From Chrysomallon squamiferum (taxonomy: Eukaryota; Animalia; Mollusca), in NCBI GenBank assembly GCA_012295275.1, contig CM022671.1, positions 22,134,001 through 22,198,000 on the forward strand: DNA of 64,000 nucleotides. The letters are read 5' to 3'. Shown here piece after piece: positions 22,507 to 35,982 of this stretch. The notes beneath the pieces are model-generated. The model had not been told where the DNA came from, did not search any database, and saw only the letters and a list, made by a program, of their open reading frames with translations. A program made the translations under genes and the position numbers. The number at the start of each line of letters is the position of its first letter. Within the stretch, counting starts at the first letter, position 1.

Positions 22507-24336
22507 TCATTTATTAACTGTCCAAGGTCTTTCAGACTGTCTTTGCTGCTCCAATCTAAGCAGTGCCTGTTTGGGAGGAATTAAAGTATTTGAAACACCC
22601 ATTTTTTTCTTTCTCTTTTTGCCAGCCAAATAACTATCATCATCTTCAGGCTCAGTAGAAGACATTCCAAATGAACGAGATGTTTTCAACATAGCCTTCT
22701 CATCAGAGATTTTGTCCTCGTCCACTTTCTTCAGAGCATGATTTACAATGTTTGACTGGTCGTGAAAGAATCGACATTTCTGACCCATGTGACACTTCCC
22801 TTTTTTAAATTTAAAACAAATTTGTCTCGTTCCCCTTTCTGGGTGTTTTTCCGTCATCTGCACATGCTTCTCAAGAATTGAGCTCCTTGCCAGCTCAGCC
22901 TGTTCGTAGCGGTTCGTAAAGACGGACAGCCCAGTGGTTGACACATCCAAGTCCTTTCCTGGCACAGGCAGCGCTTTCTGACTGAAAGGGTTGGGCAGTT
23001 TTGTTTTATTTTGCTGGGACTTGTCTAACCGCGAGTCATCTTCTTTTTCACTCTCTGAACTGGTATTTTCTTCTTCACCATCTTGTGATATCAGTAAGTT
23101 ATTGCCACTTGATGCAGTATTTTTTTCACTATAGAAAAAAAATTAAAAATAATAAAATAAAATCTTGTTATTCTTTATCCATGTACAATACATGGCTATT
23201 CCAATAATACACTTACAAATTTGGTTTCTACAGGAAATAAAATATAAATGAAGAAATTTAATTTAATAACACTCAGTGAGTAGTTTTAAACCACTGTAAT
23301 ATGTCATCATACAAACTGTTAAGGAGAAAGGAAAAGTAATTGTCATATATATCTTTTATCATTATTATCAGGATTTGTTTTCATAGTATCATTATCATTA
23401 TTAGGAACAAAAACTATTAAACAGTATTAATAAGAAGAAAAAATTCAAAAAGGAGACAAAGTTTAATATCAAATGCCACATAAAATCCATCCAAGAAAAG
23501 TTGTAGGAAGATAGCTAATCATTATTTTTTAATGTTAAATTATTTGTACCATTCAGTATTAAATATATGCTGTTATTCTGAGTAACCTCTTATGCAAAAA
23601 CAAACAAACAAAAAATCAGTTTAACATATTTAAGATTTAACAATCAATATTGTAAATTCTGGTCTGCAGTGGCTATTAGAAACAGAACATTGCACTCTGC
23701 CTGATACAGAACAAAATGCAGACTTATTTTGGAAAAAAAATAAATGTCACTAATTCAAATGTGCTTCATAATGGTATTTATAATCCTCTATTGTTTTATC
23801 ACAAGGCATCAGTTGTTTAGTATACATTGAAAGGAGAATTACCAATATACATCATGGTTTCTTTTATTTTTTATTAACTGGAAGGGATCTTTTATGTGTA
23901 CATCTCTCAGAAGGAAAGACCATACCTCAGTCATAGAAAAGCTAGTAAGAACTTGGCTGAGATGGGACATATGAATGAAATGATAAGGATCGGCTTTTCA
24001 AAACGGGACTAAACATGCAGACGTCGGAATAACTGATCCCTTTTAAATACGCTAATATATAGTTTAAAAAAAAATACAGTTTAATGGTTAAACAGCAGTT
24101 CACTAGACAGATTTAGAAACGAATGATCAATAAGTATACGAAAATGGGTATATTACGAATTCAGATAACATGACCAAAATATAAATATAAAAACACTGTA
24201 ACCGAGATTCATCTGGATTAAATAAAGCAAAATAAAATATCTCTCTCTTAAACCACTAATTTCGTCTATACCTATTTTTAATTAAATCATCATCTGATAT
24301 CTCATCTTCACTGCTGTAATCTGCAACCAAAGCCAT
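22507..24336 (-). CDS. Uncharacterised single CCCH (C3H1) zinc-finger protein, 228 aa, 2 exons
   Basis: Exon 1 is 24336-24272 (MALVADYSSEDEISDDDLIKN, phase-2 donor GTATAG). Exon 2 is 23128-22507 (acceptor TTTTCTATAG) and is in frame with the 152-aa ORF. Motif C-x7-C-x5-C-x3-H (CFKFKKGKCHMGQKCRFFH), acidic N-terminus and basic NLS-like KKRKKK. Confidence 0.9.
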
Positions 24337-24863
24337 GTTAATCGACGCCAAAGCGAAAGTAATGCGGTAAATCGTCCGAATTTTTTGATTGGTCTAATGT
24401 ACCGGCAAATGTTTAGAGTCGGTCGTTGTCGGAGAAAGTGAAAATTAACAATGAAAATGTATTTGTGATATGTACCTAACATGAAATTTCGGGATTTCGA
24501 TTGTTCTGGATCAGTATAATGTTAAACATTAATGTAAAAATTGCCGTCTTATTTGACATTGCTGAAAACCACGCCTCGATCAGCTGACGGATGTAGGTGG
24601 CTCTACAATCGATTTGATAGATCCGAAAGGGGAAGATAGAAATTGTGTTCATTTGATGACAAATTATTTTTTTAAATATCAGTTAGACTAATATATCTTT
24701 AAATACAGATATAATATATTTTATTTTGGAACTGGGCTTAATTTTATTGCCTTCATGATTTGAGTACGCTGAACGAACACTAATTTAAAATTTCCAGACA
24801 AGACTCAATTCTCAAGGTGCCCGCTTCAGCTTCGACCTGTCTGTCCACTCGACTTGAGTAAAG
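24337..24863. promoter_or_regulatory. Bidirectional (head-to-head) promoter
   Basis: Only 527 bp separate the divergent ATGs of the CCCH gene and the NTPase gene. CpG-rich relative to the flanks, with ATTGG at 24388, CCACGCC near 24569 and E-box CAGCTG at 24581. Confidence 0.75.
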
Positions 24864-27800
24864 ATGTCTGGGAAAGTGAAGTCCAGAAGTTGCGCGAACC
24901 CAGCTGACTCTGCTACGCAGTCACTCAACGAAAGAATTTTGAAAGAGTGTCATACACTTTACATCGATCCAGAGAACGGTATATTTAGTTTTTTTAATAT
25001 ATAATACGTTGCCAGACATATTAAAAAAAAAAAAAATTCATGTAATTTTTTTTTTTAAAAACCATTTGCGTAATGTATGCCCAGCCGATGACTCGGCAGA
25101 CGGCTAACGCAATTTCAATCACCTGGAATTAAAGTTTTAAAATTATGAGCTTACTTAGTCATCGTGCTGTAATTTATATCATAAAGTAAAATTTTGGAAT
25201 TTAAATATTTACTTTAATGTTAGTTTTGCCACTTTGCTTTTGTTTCTTTTGTTTCCAGACGAAATGCTATATATAAATCTGTCGGCAAGGTTTCCTCTCA
25301 GCTGATCAAAGGTCATAAAGGCCAATGACTCATGTGGTGTGGCAGTGAAATGTTGTTTTAAAAAAAAAATATATTATGTTATAATTAGTTAGCAGAAATA
25401 ATGATTAAAAATGTTTGTTTTCAGAAATGTACAAACTTCAAAAAAATATTCCTCTTTTTTTTTCTTCAAATCATTATAACAACTTTCCTACTAATTTCTA
25501 AGTATTTCCTTTTTTTTCTCATAATCAAAAAAAATATTAAAATGACTGAAAAGATAATATAAAAATATCAAGAAATTGACTTTCATCAGTTTTGTTTATA
25601 ATGGTATTAATGCAAAATACTGATGTCTGTCAAACTCGGCTGGTTATGAAAAGTAAACACAAGATGTTTTGCTTGCATGATTTTTACAAAATTAATTTTC
25701 TTATTCCTTAATTTGTGGATGGATAGGGAAGTTCGTAAGTGACACGAGAAAGTTAAATTAATGATAAATAATAATTTAAAAAATCGCCCCAAAATAAACT
25801 ACCATAGAAAATCACATAATCTGTAATGTTTCTTTTTAAAATGTAATTGTTTGTTTTTTTGAAAGTCCATTTGTATTAGGATTCTTTTGTTAAATTGTAT
25901 TATATACAAAAGATAAATAGCTATAAATTTATTATTAACAAATATGTTAATTTCATTTTTTATTTTTTTTTATTTTTTTATTTTTAAAGACAAAAACAAA
26001 AAAAGAAAAGTAAGACAGATATATAAAATAAACTTGTAAAGTAAAAAGAAAAAGATCTGTAAAATGTGATAAGCTTTACTAAAATCTGACACTTAACAAT
26101 GTATGGTATTTAATGAATGTTAAAATGGAAGGGACACAACTCTAGGTTCCTTGTATTTTGCAGATATTGTGTGACAGATTTGAACAGCTAACTTTTTTTC
26201 CCCCCCCAGAGTTCTAGGTTTTGTACAAAGTAATTTATTTTCTGAATAAATATTTTAACATTTTTGAAAAAGCAGTGGTTGAATTATATTTTGTAGATAC
26301 TGGGAAATGAAAATCATTTAATATTAAAAAAACCTATGAAATTTTTGTGTTACTCTAAAATGGATTATATATATAATGTTTAATGCTCTTTCCTGCAACA
26401 TACTGAATAATAAAAAGGAATTTCACTTAGCTAGTTAATCACAGTTTTATACAAGATAATAAATATTATAAAAATAGATATTAAAAGAAAGTTGAAAGTA
26501 TTTAATTACAGAAATGGATAAATATGTATCTTGTTTATTCTATAATATGATGATTTTGCATGACATGATGTATAAAGGTAACTCAACAATGGTCTTGTAA
26601 CCATAAGTTGAAAATAGACCTATGGTGCTGTTATAAGAATTAATTAAAATGATTTGGCAAATTGATTATGGAATTGGTTATTATTGACATTAAGTCTTTA
26701 ACTGAAATTATTTTTGTTTTCATGAAGACAGCTGATTATGATTATTTATATATTTACCCCCTCAAGAAAAACTAAAACCCTCTCCCTAAATAATTTTATG
26801 TTGATTCTATATGTCTGAATGAGAATAGGATTTCAAAAGGTAAATAAAAATACCAGAGAGGTTTTTTAACTGAGGTTTTTAACTGAGGAAATTACTGACT
26901 AAATTTCAAAAGCTGTGTGTTTGTTATTTTAAATTTTTTCTGATTTTAAGATAGTTTTTGAATGAAGTTGCTACAATTTTATGACGGATTGCTAGTACTT
27001 CTTGCACCTAAAGTAAGCAAAATAATTCCAAAAACAGTTTATGCAAAACAAAAAAACAAAAAAAGTCACAAAAATGTTAAATGCATCACTGCCCCTTTCT
27101 AAAGAAAAAGTGAAAAAATGGAACATGCAAAAAATTGCATTTTCTTTATATTTTGATAGAATTTATAAAACTGAAGGATAAATTTATGAACAACATAAAT
27201 AAATATATATATAGTTTTTAAAAATGTTAGTTTTTACTATTTAACAAAAGGTAATGTATATAAAACAGGACTAAGATAACAACTAAAATAACGGGTATAT
27301 GATATTTTTACTTGTTCATGTTATTTTTTTCTAGGTCTTGTCAAGATTGCAGAAAGTTTAGGTTTGAATCTGCTTGCTCCAAGAAAGAAAATATCTGTCC
27401 TGCTTATAGGAAATCATTCAGCAGGAAAATCCTCATTTATAAATTGGTAAGAAATTTTATGAGGATGATTAATTGTAAAATAAAAAAAACCCATTAGCTT
27501 GTACTTTAGATAAATGAAAATATTCTTGTTTAAACATAGTAAATTAGTACTTAGATGTCTTGATATATTGTGCCTTGCTGATTAATAAAAACAGGTAAGA
27601 TATTACAGAAATTTTAAACTTTATTGTTTGAGATATATTGCATTTGTGTTGGACACTGACAAAATATTTTTTATTCAAATGTCATTTGTTACTTATGACA
27701 GAACTGATAAAATGAATGAACATAAATGAAGATGTACACCTACATTTTAATAATTTATTCAGTTGTGTATAGGCAGCCCTGATATGTGAATATTGGTGTT

Positions 27801-30800
27801 GTATAAATAAATAATTAATGTACATGGTGTGTACTTATTGTAATGTGAGGTTAACATCATGAGAAGAAGAGCATGCTTCATGTTTTCAAAAAGTTCTTAT
27901 TTATTTAAGCAGATGATAACTTCCAATGATAACCAATGTCAGCAAATAATCTGATGGACCATTTATCAAAACTGCAAGACGTGGTTATGGAAAATCTGAA
28001 AAACAATTAATAGATTCCAAAAGAAGCACTTTATATACAATTTTAAATCAAGATGGGTTAAAAAATAAAAAGTACATTTTGTAACTTGAGTAAAATATGT
28101 TCCATTTAAATAATATACTTATTTATTCATTTGTTTAAAACAATTAGAAACAGTTTTTAATTTTTAACAAATCTTTAAAATATACACAGAACTTTCTAAT
28201 AATAGTTATTAAATAACATCAAAAAGATCAATCAAGTAGTAATAAGAAAAAAGTAATCTTGTGAACATGGTGCTACTTTTAAGCATGACATACTGGATGT
28301 ACAGAATGTCAGTCAAGCATAACTTGAAAATGAATTTATTGAACAGTAGTTTATTGGTTGGTTAATTTTCCTGAGAGAACCTTTATGAATGCATGCAAAA
28401 GATGAGAAATGTAGGAAGGTGATAAACAGTTAAAATACTGAAATATAGTTGGACCAAAATGCATGTGTTTATATTAGATACTCAATTCACAATTCACAAT
28501 GATATGAAAGATGGAGTATTGTTTATACTTTTATATTACAATGTAATTAGTTTTGTTTAAAATTAAGCAAACGTTAGATAAATTCATCCTTGTTTGTGTC
28601 TTACAATGTCCGTATTTTCTCAATAATGATTTTATTGACCAATTTTTTGGAAAGCAAAATATGATTTATGCCATAGTATTTCATTATTATCATTGCTTGT
28701 AAGATAGATAGAATTAAAATATTAAATTTAAAAAAAAAAAGCCATTGTGTGCAAGTGACAATTCCATGACAAAAACCTTTTCTTTTCTGTATTTTTTTTT
28801 TTATTTTTTTTTTATTGATAACTGTCAGCTAAAAAAAAAATCAGAATATTTGCTTATTTTTGAGTGTTGATGAAATCATATGGGTGGAAAACATGAATTT
28901 GTAAAGAAAGGCATTGGTCATGTCTATTGATTTAGTGTGGGATTTGACAAGATACCTTTTTGCTGTATACTGATTGTTAGTGTTCTAACCATTTTAATTT
29001 TAAATTATATAAATAATTATGGTGGGGGAAATAAAATGTTATTATATATGATTTATTCTTTTGTTGCACAGATTAATGCTTCTAAAAGTTGGTTGTAGCT
29101 GTAGTTGGAATTCAGAGAGCATTTTAGTTGTGATTATGAGTAAAAGTTCTTTTCTTTGAACCTTTACATAGCCCCTCAACAGTTTTTTTTTAAAATCAAC
29201 ATGATATCATCTATTTTCCAGTTTCCAATCATTATAAAGAAGTGCATAAAAGCTCCCCTGCTGATAACTGATAAGATTTTTTTATTGCATTTTTATATAT
29301 ATATATATATATATATAAAATGAGATGAACACCTAGTAAACATAGCTTGTTAAATGCCAGTAAACATTCACTTGATTTATAAATACACTAGTTGATCAGA
29401 AGCTATAGGTTTGTTGGATCTACATGTCTCTGCAGAGGATTAAAATATTTTCTTTTATACTTTGATATCCTAGTGTGTTAAATTGGTCATGGTTAGATAT
29501 GTGCATCTCTATCATTGGTTAAACTAGTCTGAAGAAGGCATAAATTTAAACAGTAAATAGGCAATCAATATTCCAAAACATCTGAATGAGTCGAAGGAAC
29601 ATTCTAAACCTAAACATTGTATGTTTTCTGTAACATCTCCTCTGGAAAATTTATCTGGATGCTGCTTGGTTGTGTATTAAGTAAAACAACTCATTCGTGG
29701 GACATGTCATTAACCTAGGTTAAGTTAGATTCCTTTTTCATATTTGATGGATTACTTGTTTGAGAGAAATGCAGTTAATTTTTATGACAGGACTGAATTA
29801 TGTGGTTTAAGGGAAGATATTTTTGTCCATGTAAATATGATTTACCAGCATTTAAATGTGTAGTACATTTTAAAAACAAAATATTGTTATTTATTGTTCA
29901 GTTTAATAATGCATTAAATCTGTTAGTACTGACATTTGTGCTTACAAAATTGTGTATATGGGTGACTGTTACATCCATACATGCACATACCCATATATAT
30001 GCTGTCATAACTTGAAGGTTTTAGACAAATAACTTTTAAAATGTCTGTTTACACCTTGTTTTTTTTTTTATCTTGCATGCTGTTTAATATGCAGTAATAG
30101 CAAAAACAGACAAAATACATTTAATATGCAGCATGGATTTATCAAATGCATAATTATTTTCAAATGCAGAGCATGGCAGAAACAGTGTATAATATTACAC
30201 AGTTATTTTTGTGGTGTTTTTCTTCATACAGATGTACCATTTTATGCAAAATGTGAAAAGAAAATGCACAATGTAGTACATTTAAATAGGTAATTAACCA
30301 TTTGATTTACCTGATTTGCTTGAAAAAGCATCTTCTACTAATGTATACAGTATGAAAAGCAGATAATGAATTTTCCCTTTCGTGTTCTATAAATTTTCTC
30401 AGGACCTTTTTTAATCCATGTTTAAAAAATATAACAACAGGGATTTATAATTACTTTGTTTTAAATTACTATTCTAAGAAGAAGAAAAAAAAAATCCTAA
30501 ATGGCTGGCACCAGATATTCAAGTAGTATATAATATTTATTTATGCAGCTTTCTTTGTGCAACAAAACTTGACAATGTAATCAATATTTCATCTGAATTG
30601 TGCTCAATTTTATAAGAGCCAGACAGTGGTGGGATGGGATAGCTATTTCTGAAGTACAGCACAAACTGCCAAATATCCTATGTAAAAATAATTCATTTAT
30701 GGCTGCTAGGTAGCAGCAGGTTCATGTACAATGCATGCTTGAGGTGCGGTGTACTGTTCCAAACATTTAAAAAAAAACCTACATTAGCACAGTTTGTCCA

Positions 30801-30833
30801 CACTATATCTGTATCTACATATGTGTCTATAGC

Positions 30834-30865
<32 letters not shown>

Positions 30866-30998
30866 TATATAATCAGTATCTAATATACTGCCTTCTGATA
30901 CTTCATTCATATTTAATTTTATCAGTAAATGAACAAAGGATTCCTTTTATTATACACCATATATAAATTATTCAGTAGAACTTCACTGAAACTAATTT

Positions 30999-31038
<40 letters not shown>

Positions 31039-31983
31039 TAGATAATGTGCATTATATATTTAAAAATATTTGTTTTATGAAATGAACTTGTTTCTTTGGT
31101 TAAAGAGTGCATTTAGTAAACTGACCTGGCTTTTGAGGTAAAACTCCTCAGAATTAAAAAAAGACTTCAGATTCTGTAAATGTAACACAATTTTGTTGGA
31201 TGCTGTATTTTATAAACCTACTGTCTATGGTCTGGTATGCCAGCCATGTGGCTACCTCCCTCACATGGATCAAATTAATCTGCTCCTGATAAGGTACATT
31301 TTCCTTTTTACTTAGTTCTTCATGTGATGTAACTTTCACACTCTTCTCTATTTGGGTTGGGTGAGAGGTCACTGGGTGAAATGTGGAAATATAAAGGCTG
31401 ATCAGCTGATTGCATGGTTGGTAACTGCAGTAGCTTCCAGACAGGTTGACCTCAAGGTAGGTCACACTGGCCTAGTTGACCAGACTGGATTAGCCAGAGG
31501 CAAACATTGTGAAGCAGAACTTACTAGAGGACAGTGTCTCCAGCCTGTGCCAGACAGAGAGAGAGATTTCACAGGCATATAGTATCAGATCAATACTCAG
31601 ACACTTTTTCTAATCGGATGATCTATCAGATTTAGGTAACGTACTTTCCGATGGATCTGTTCTTGCATAGTGTTGTATTTGTGCATTTTTGTATGCTATA
31701 TAATTTGCATGATCAGTTGATATTTGTGGTCTGTGATTGCTTTTTGCAGTGCTGATGTTAATCATTAATAAACTGTTTAATCGTGTTCATTGGTTGATCC
31801 TTATGTGGGACAGAACTGTTATTCCATTATTCTGCAATCAGAGTTCATGAAGAAACTTGAGCACTGTGTAGACAAAGGAGAAGTGATGAACATATTTTAT
31901 TAGTAATATGTCTGAGTATTTCATTAGCCAGAGCATGTATTTCACTGACTGTAATTTGCTGCTGCTTGCTGTGACCAATCATG

Positions 31984-32015
<32 letters not shown>

Positions 32016-32200
32016 AATTAAAAAAATTTATACATTAAAAAAAAAAAAAACACTAATGTATTAACAATAAAAAAAAATTGTGGATTTTTTTTTTTTAAAT
32101 CACTTACAGCTGCAATGTTTCTGTATAAGAAGCATTGTTTGCACTTACCCAAAGTAATGTTTTCCTTCATAAATTTTTAAAATTTAGTTAAAACAAGTGT

Positions 32201-32234
<34 letters not shown>

Positions 32235-35200
32235 ACATTCTTTATAACTAGATGTCTGAAATTAAATATGTCCAGTTATTTATAATTATAATTATTGTTA
32301 TAATACATATATTATATATATATTTTTTATATATATAAATGCTGCAACCATTTTAAAAACAAAATATGGTGATAATTTGATAAAATCCTGTGTGGTAAGT
32401 TGTAGCTGAAGTGAAAAATGATAATACCTCATTTAGAGGTTTAGGGATAAAACGTTCTTTGACAACATCATAAATTTGTTTAATGTTTCTGTAAATTTTG
32501 TTGTATTTTCCTTAACATTTTATTTTAAAAAAAAAATGTTATCATTGAATCAGTTATTCATAGTTTGTGTGTTTTCTGTAGAACAGCTATGGTGTATGGA
32601 AAATCTTTAAATATAAAATTGCTGGAAATGATTCTGAATCAACAGATTGTTGTTACCTCTCTGGCAAAAAAAAAAACACAACAAAAGTAACTAATTTATG
32701 TGTCTAGCAGTATTTGCTATCAAGACATTTAAAATAAGTTAAATAAAAGACCAATTCTTTCCACTTAAACAAGTGTGTGTGGTATAATCGATGAAGGTGG
32801 TTGATCATGTCCTGTCTGGGGCATGGTCACACAATTTGACATTTTAAAATAGACTGTCTCGCCATTTTCAATAAGATGTCTCACAGGATCTTTCGACTTT
32901 CGTGAAAAATATTGATTCAGACAAGATATTGGCAAATATGCATTTCTGGCAGAGTATGCACCGACATCTGTATGATACTGCCAGCTTGTAGCCAAATTAT
33001 TTATTATTGTAGAATCAGCATAGACATACTGTTAGGTGATTTGTGGTGTATGACCAGACCACACTGCTCTAGTGATTCCCACTGATTTACAGATCATCTG
33101 TTTGAATTTGGAAAATTGTTTCAAACAACTTTGCACTTTTTTTTTTGGTTTAAATGTTGTCTGGCAGTTGATTGAAACGAGGGATGATGGCTGATCATTG
33201 AGAGTATTTTGTTCAGCAAAATATCTTTTTGCATTTTTGTCTTGTCTGGTTGTGTTTCTTACTAGTGGGTCACTAGTGAATCATTTTGTTTGATGGTCAA
33301 GATTTTATTTCTTTATTTCTATTTTAATTTTACATTAACCTTTTTAAAAACAATATTGAATACATGTATAAAATTTTAAAAAAAAGAGGAAATATTTTGA
33401 CTGGTTATGTTAATTAGTGAACTGTCCTTTACTGTAATACTTTTTTCTTTTGTTTGCTGAATTAATTACATTGACATGCATTATGTCCTTTGAAAAATAT
33501 TTTAACAGTAGCAATAATTTAAACCTGTAACTGCATTTTTCTATTAAAGTAACAGAATGTGTGTGTCTTGTACACAAACATTCTGTTACTGTATGAATGC
33601 ATGCAAGCATGTACATAACTGGATTTTGATAAAATATTATTAAGAAATACTATATTTTTTTCCCTGTCTATAAAATAATTTTGTTATCAGCTGTTATTTA
33701 AATACAAAACATGTTGCTATATTATTGATAATTGGATTCATTTATATTACTGGATTTTTTGTTTTAAAAACCCAAATGGCACCATGATGAAATAATTGAC
33801 CCACCTAAGTGGTACTAAATAAACCATGTTATATTAGATGATTTGCTTGGCATTATATATTTCTAAGTAACTGATGCAGCTGAAGTTAAAATGCACTAAG
33901 ATGATGACTAAATAATCTTGTGTAGAGATATTATCAAGGCAGTTTTAAATATACATCAATCAGATAAATTAGTATTTATGTAATCATTGTCATGATTGTT
34001 ATACCTGTCATTTCACTGCACTAACAATGACCTTTGTATTTTTATTGAAGTTTGATTCTTCATTTTAAATAAATTTATAAACCTTTCCTTTTATACTGTA
34101 ATAAATCCAGTTTGTTTCCTTTATGAGTATTACTGCATCCTTCCTGGCAAAATGCCATAAAATAAAATTTTCAAAAAGGTGGGGGGGGAGGGAGAGGTTG
34201 GAATAAATTTGAGGGGCAAGAAAAAAAAAATTAATTTAAAAAATAAAAATAAAAAATTACAAAAATTGTTTTACATGAATCATTCTAAAGTACATCTTTA
34301 AAAAATCTAAAGACTAAAAAGGCTACAGAATTTAGGTTGTGGATGCAGTTAACTGATTGATTTGTGGCAGATCAATGCAGACATATGAAACATGCTGTCA
34401 GAATGTGCATATTTCCTCATTTCTTTCTCTGCTGCATTGCTAAATATATATTGGATTAGTGTCAAGAATTTGCTGCTGCTATGTCGAGTGGAATGTCCTA
34501 AGTGCAGGCCCTGTGGTTACTGAATACATGTGATGTTTGAGTGTGAGTTGCATGAATTCCATTCTGCACTAAATATTTGTAGTGACATTGGAAACCTGAA
34601 TTTTATGGCCTTACCCAATTAAGGTTCAGAAAACTTTAATCTTATTTATTATTTTTTTTAATGAAAATAAAATATGAATATTTAATATTTTTTATTTATT
34701 ATTTTCCTTCTTTTGCTTAATGTTTATAATTATTATTATTTTAAATAAAACCATAAAATAATGTATCTTTATGGATCATATCAAGGTCATTCCTTTTCTG
34801 TGGCATTTAACTTTTGTTATTGATTCTATTTTAACAGAATAATTCCTCTATCTTTCCTTTGAAGTTTTGAACTTTTAAACTGTCAATAGAATGTTAAATA
34901 TTCAGGGAACAGTCAATTTTAGCAAATAAAAAAATATTAAGTCAGTTACAATTTGGTACCATCATAGCAGTTTAAACAGTTGTAATATCAACTGTAGTAT
35001 ACATTAAATCCAGTATGTAATATCTTTTATATAGGGAATTAATAAAAAGATAGATATTTAATATGACAATAAACTTATTTTACTGATTAATAAATAAAAA
35101 ATGCTATACACCATAGAATGTAATTTTGCTGTTGTTACTTATAACTTTTGTGACAAACATCTCCTTTAATAATGAGTTGTTGGACAGTGGTACATTGGAG

Positions 35201-35872
35201 GTTTGATCCTGAATTCTGCAGGACTTGGGTAAATGCTGTTTTGAAGGTGTTGGAAAGATATTTCAAAGTTTGATTAAAACAGACATTGCACCAGTCATAA
35301 GACATCTATGTTACACTTGAAAATTAATGTTGCACTGATCATCATTGTTTTGATGTGTTAACATAAACATTAAATGTTTTTCTCTGACCAACCACTAGAA
35401 AATTATCATTTTGCTGACTGACTTTGTACAGCTATAGAAGATTTCCCTTGTGAAATTAATAACCATAGCTTTGCAAGTAATTTAATTTTGATACTTAATG
35501 AAATATTTAATAAAGAGGTGGTACTCAGAAGAGAATCAGTTTTTAAACTAAATTTTATACATGACTTGCTACAAGTTCTAAAAACATTTGATTGATATAA
35601 TTGTATTAATGTTGCAGGTATGTTGAGGAGCATGTTCAAAAGACAGGTGTAGCTATTGAAACACAAGGTTTCACTTTTGTCACTAGTGGAAGGAAGAGAG
35701 AATCACTCACGGTACGTTTCTTTCAAAATTTAAATGTGATTCGTGACTTTTTTTTCCAGTTCTGTTGATTTTTTACTATTCAGTATTCTTGTAAATTGTT
35801 AGATGTATGCATGAATACATGCATGTATGTATAGATACATATATAAATATTTATCGCATACATACACATAGT

Positions 35873-35905
<33 letters not shown>

Positions 35906-35918
35906 GTGTGTGTGTGTG

Positions 35919-35982
<64 letters not shown>

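Noticed and set aside
31154-31582. 103-aa (-) and 76-aa (+) ORFs in the intron-2 island
   Set aside because: No recognisable domain or exon chain; better explained as GC-richer regulatory sequence.
33784-33874. Possible C/D box snoRNA (ATGATGA..CTGA)
   Set aside because: Weak terminal stem and no rRNA/snRNA antisense element that I can recognise.
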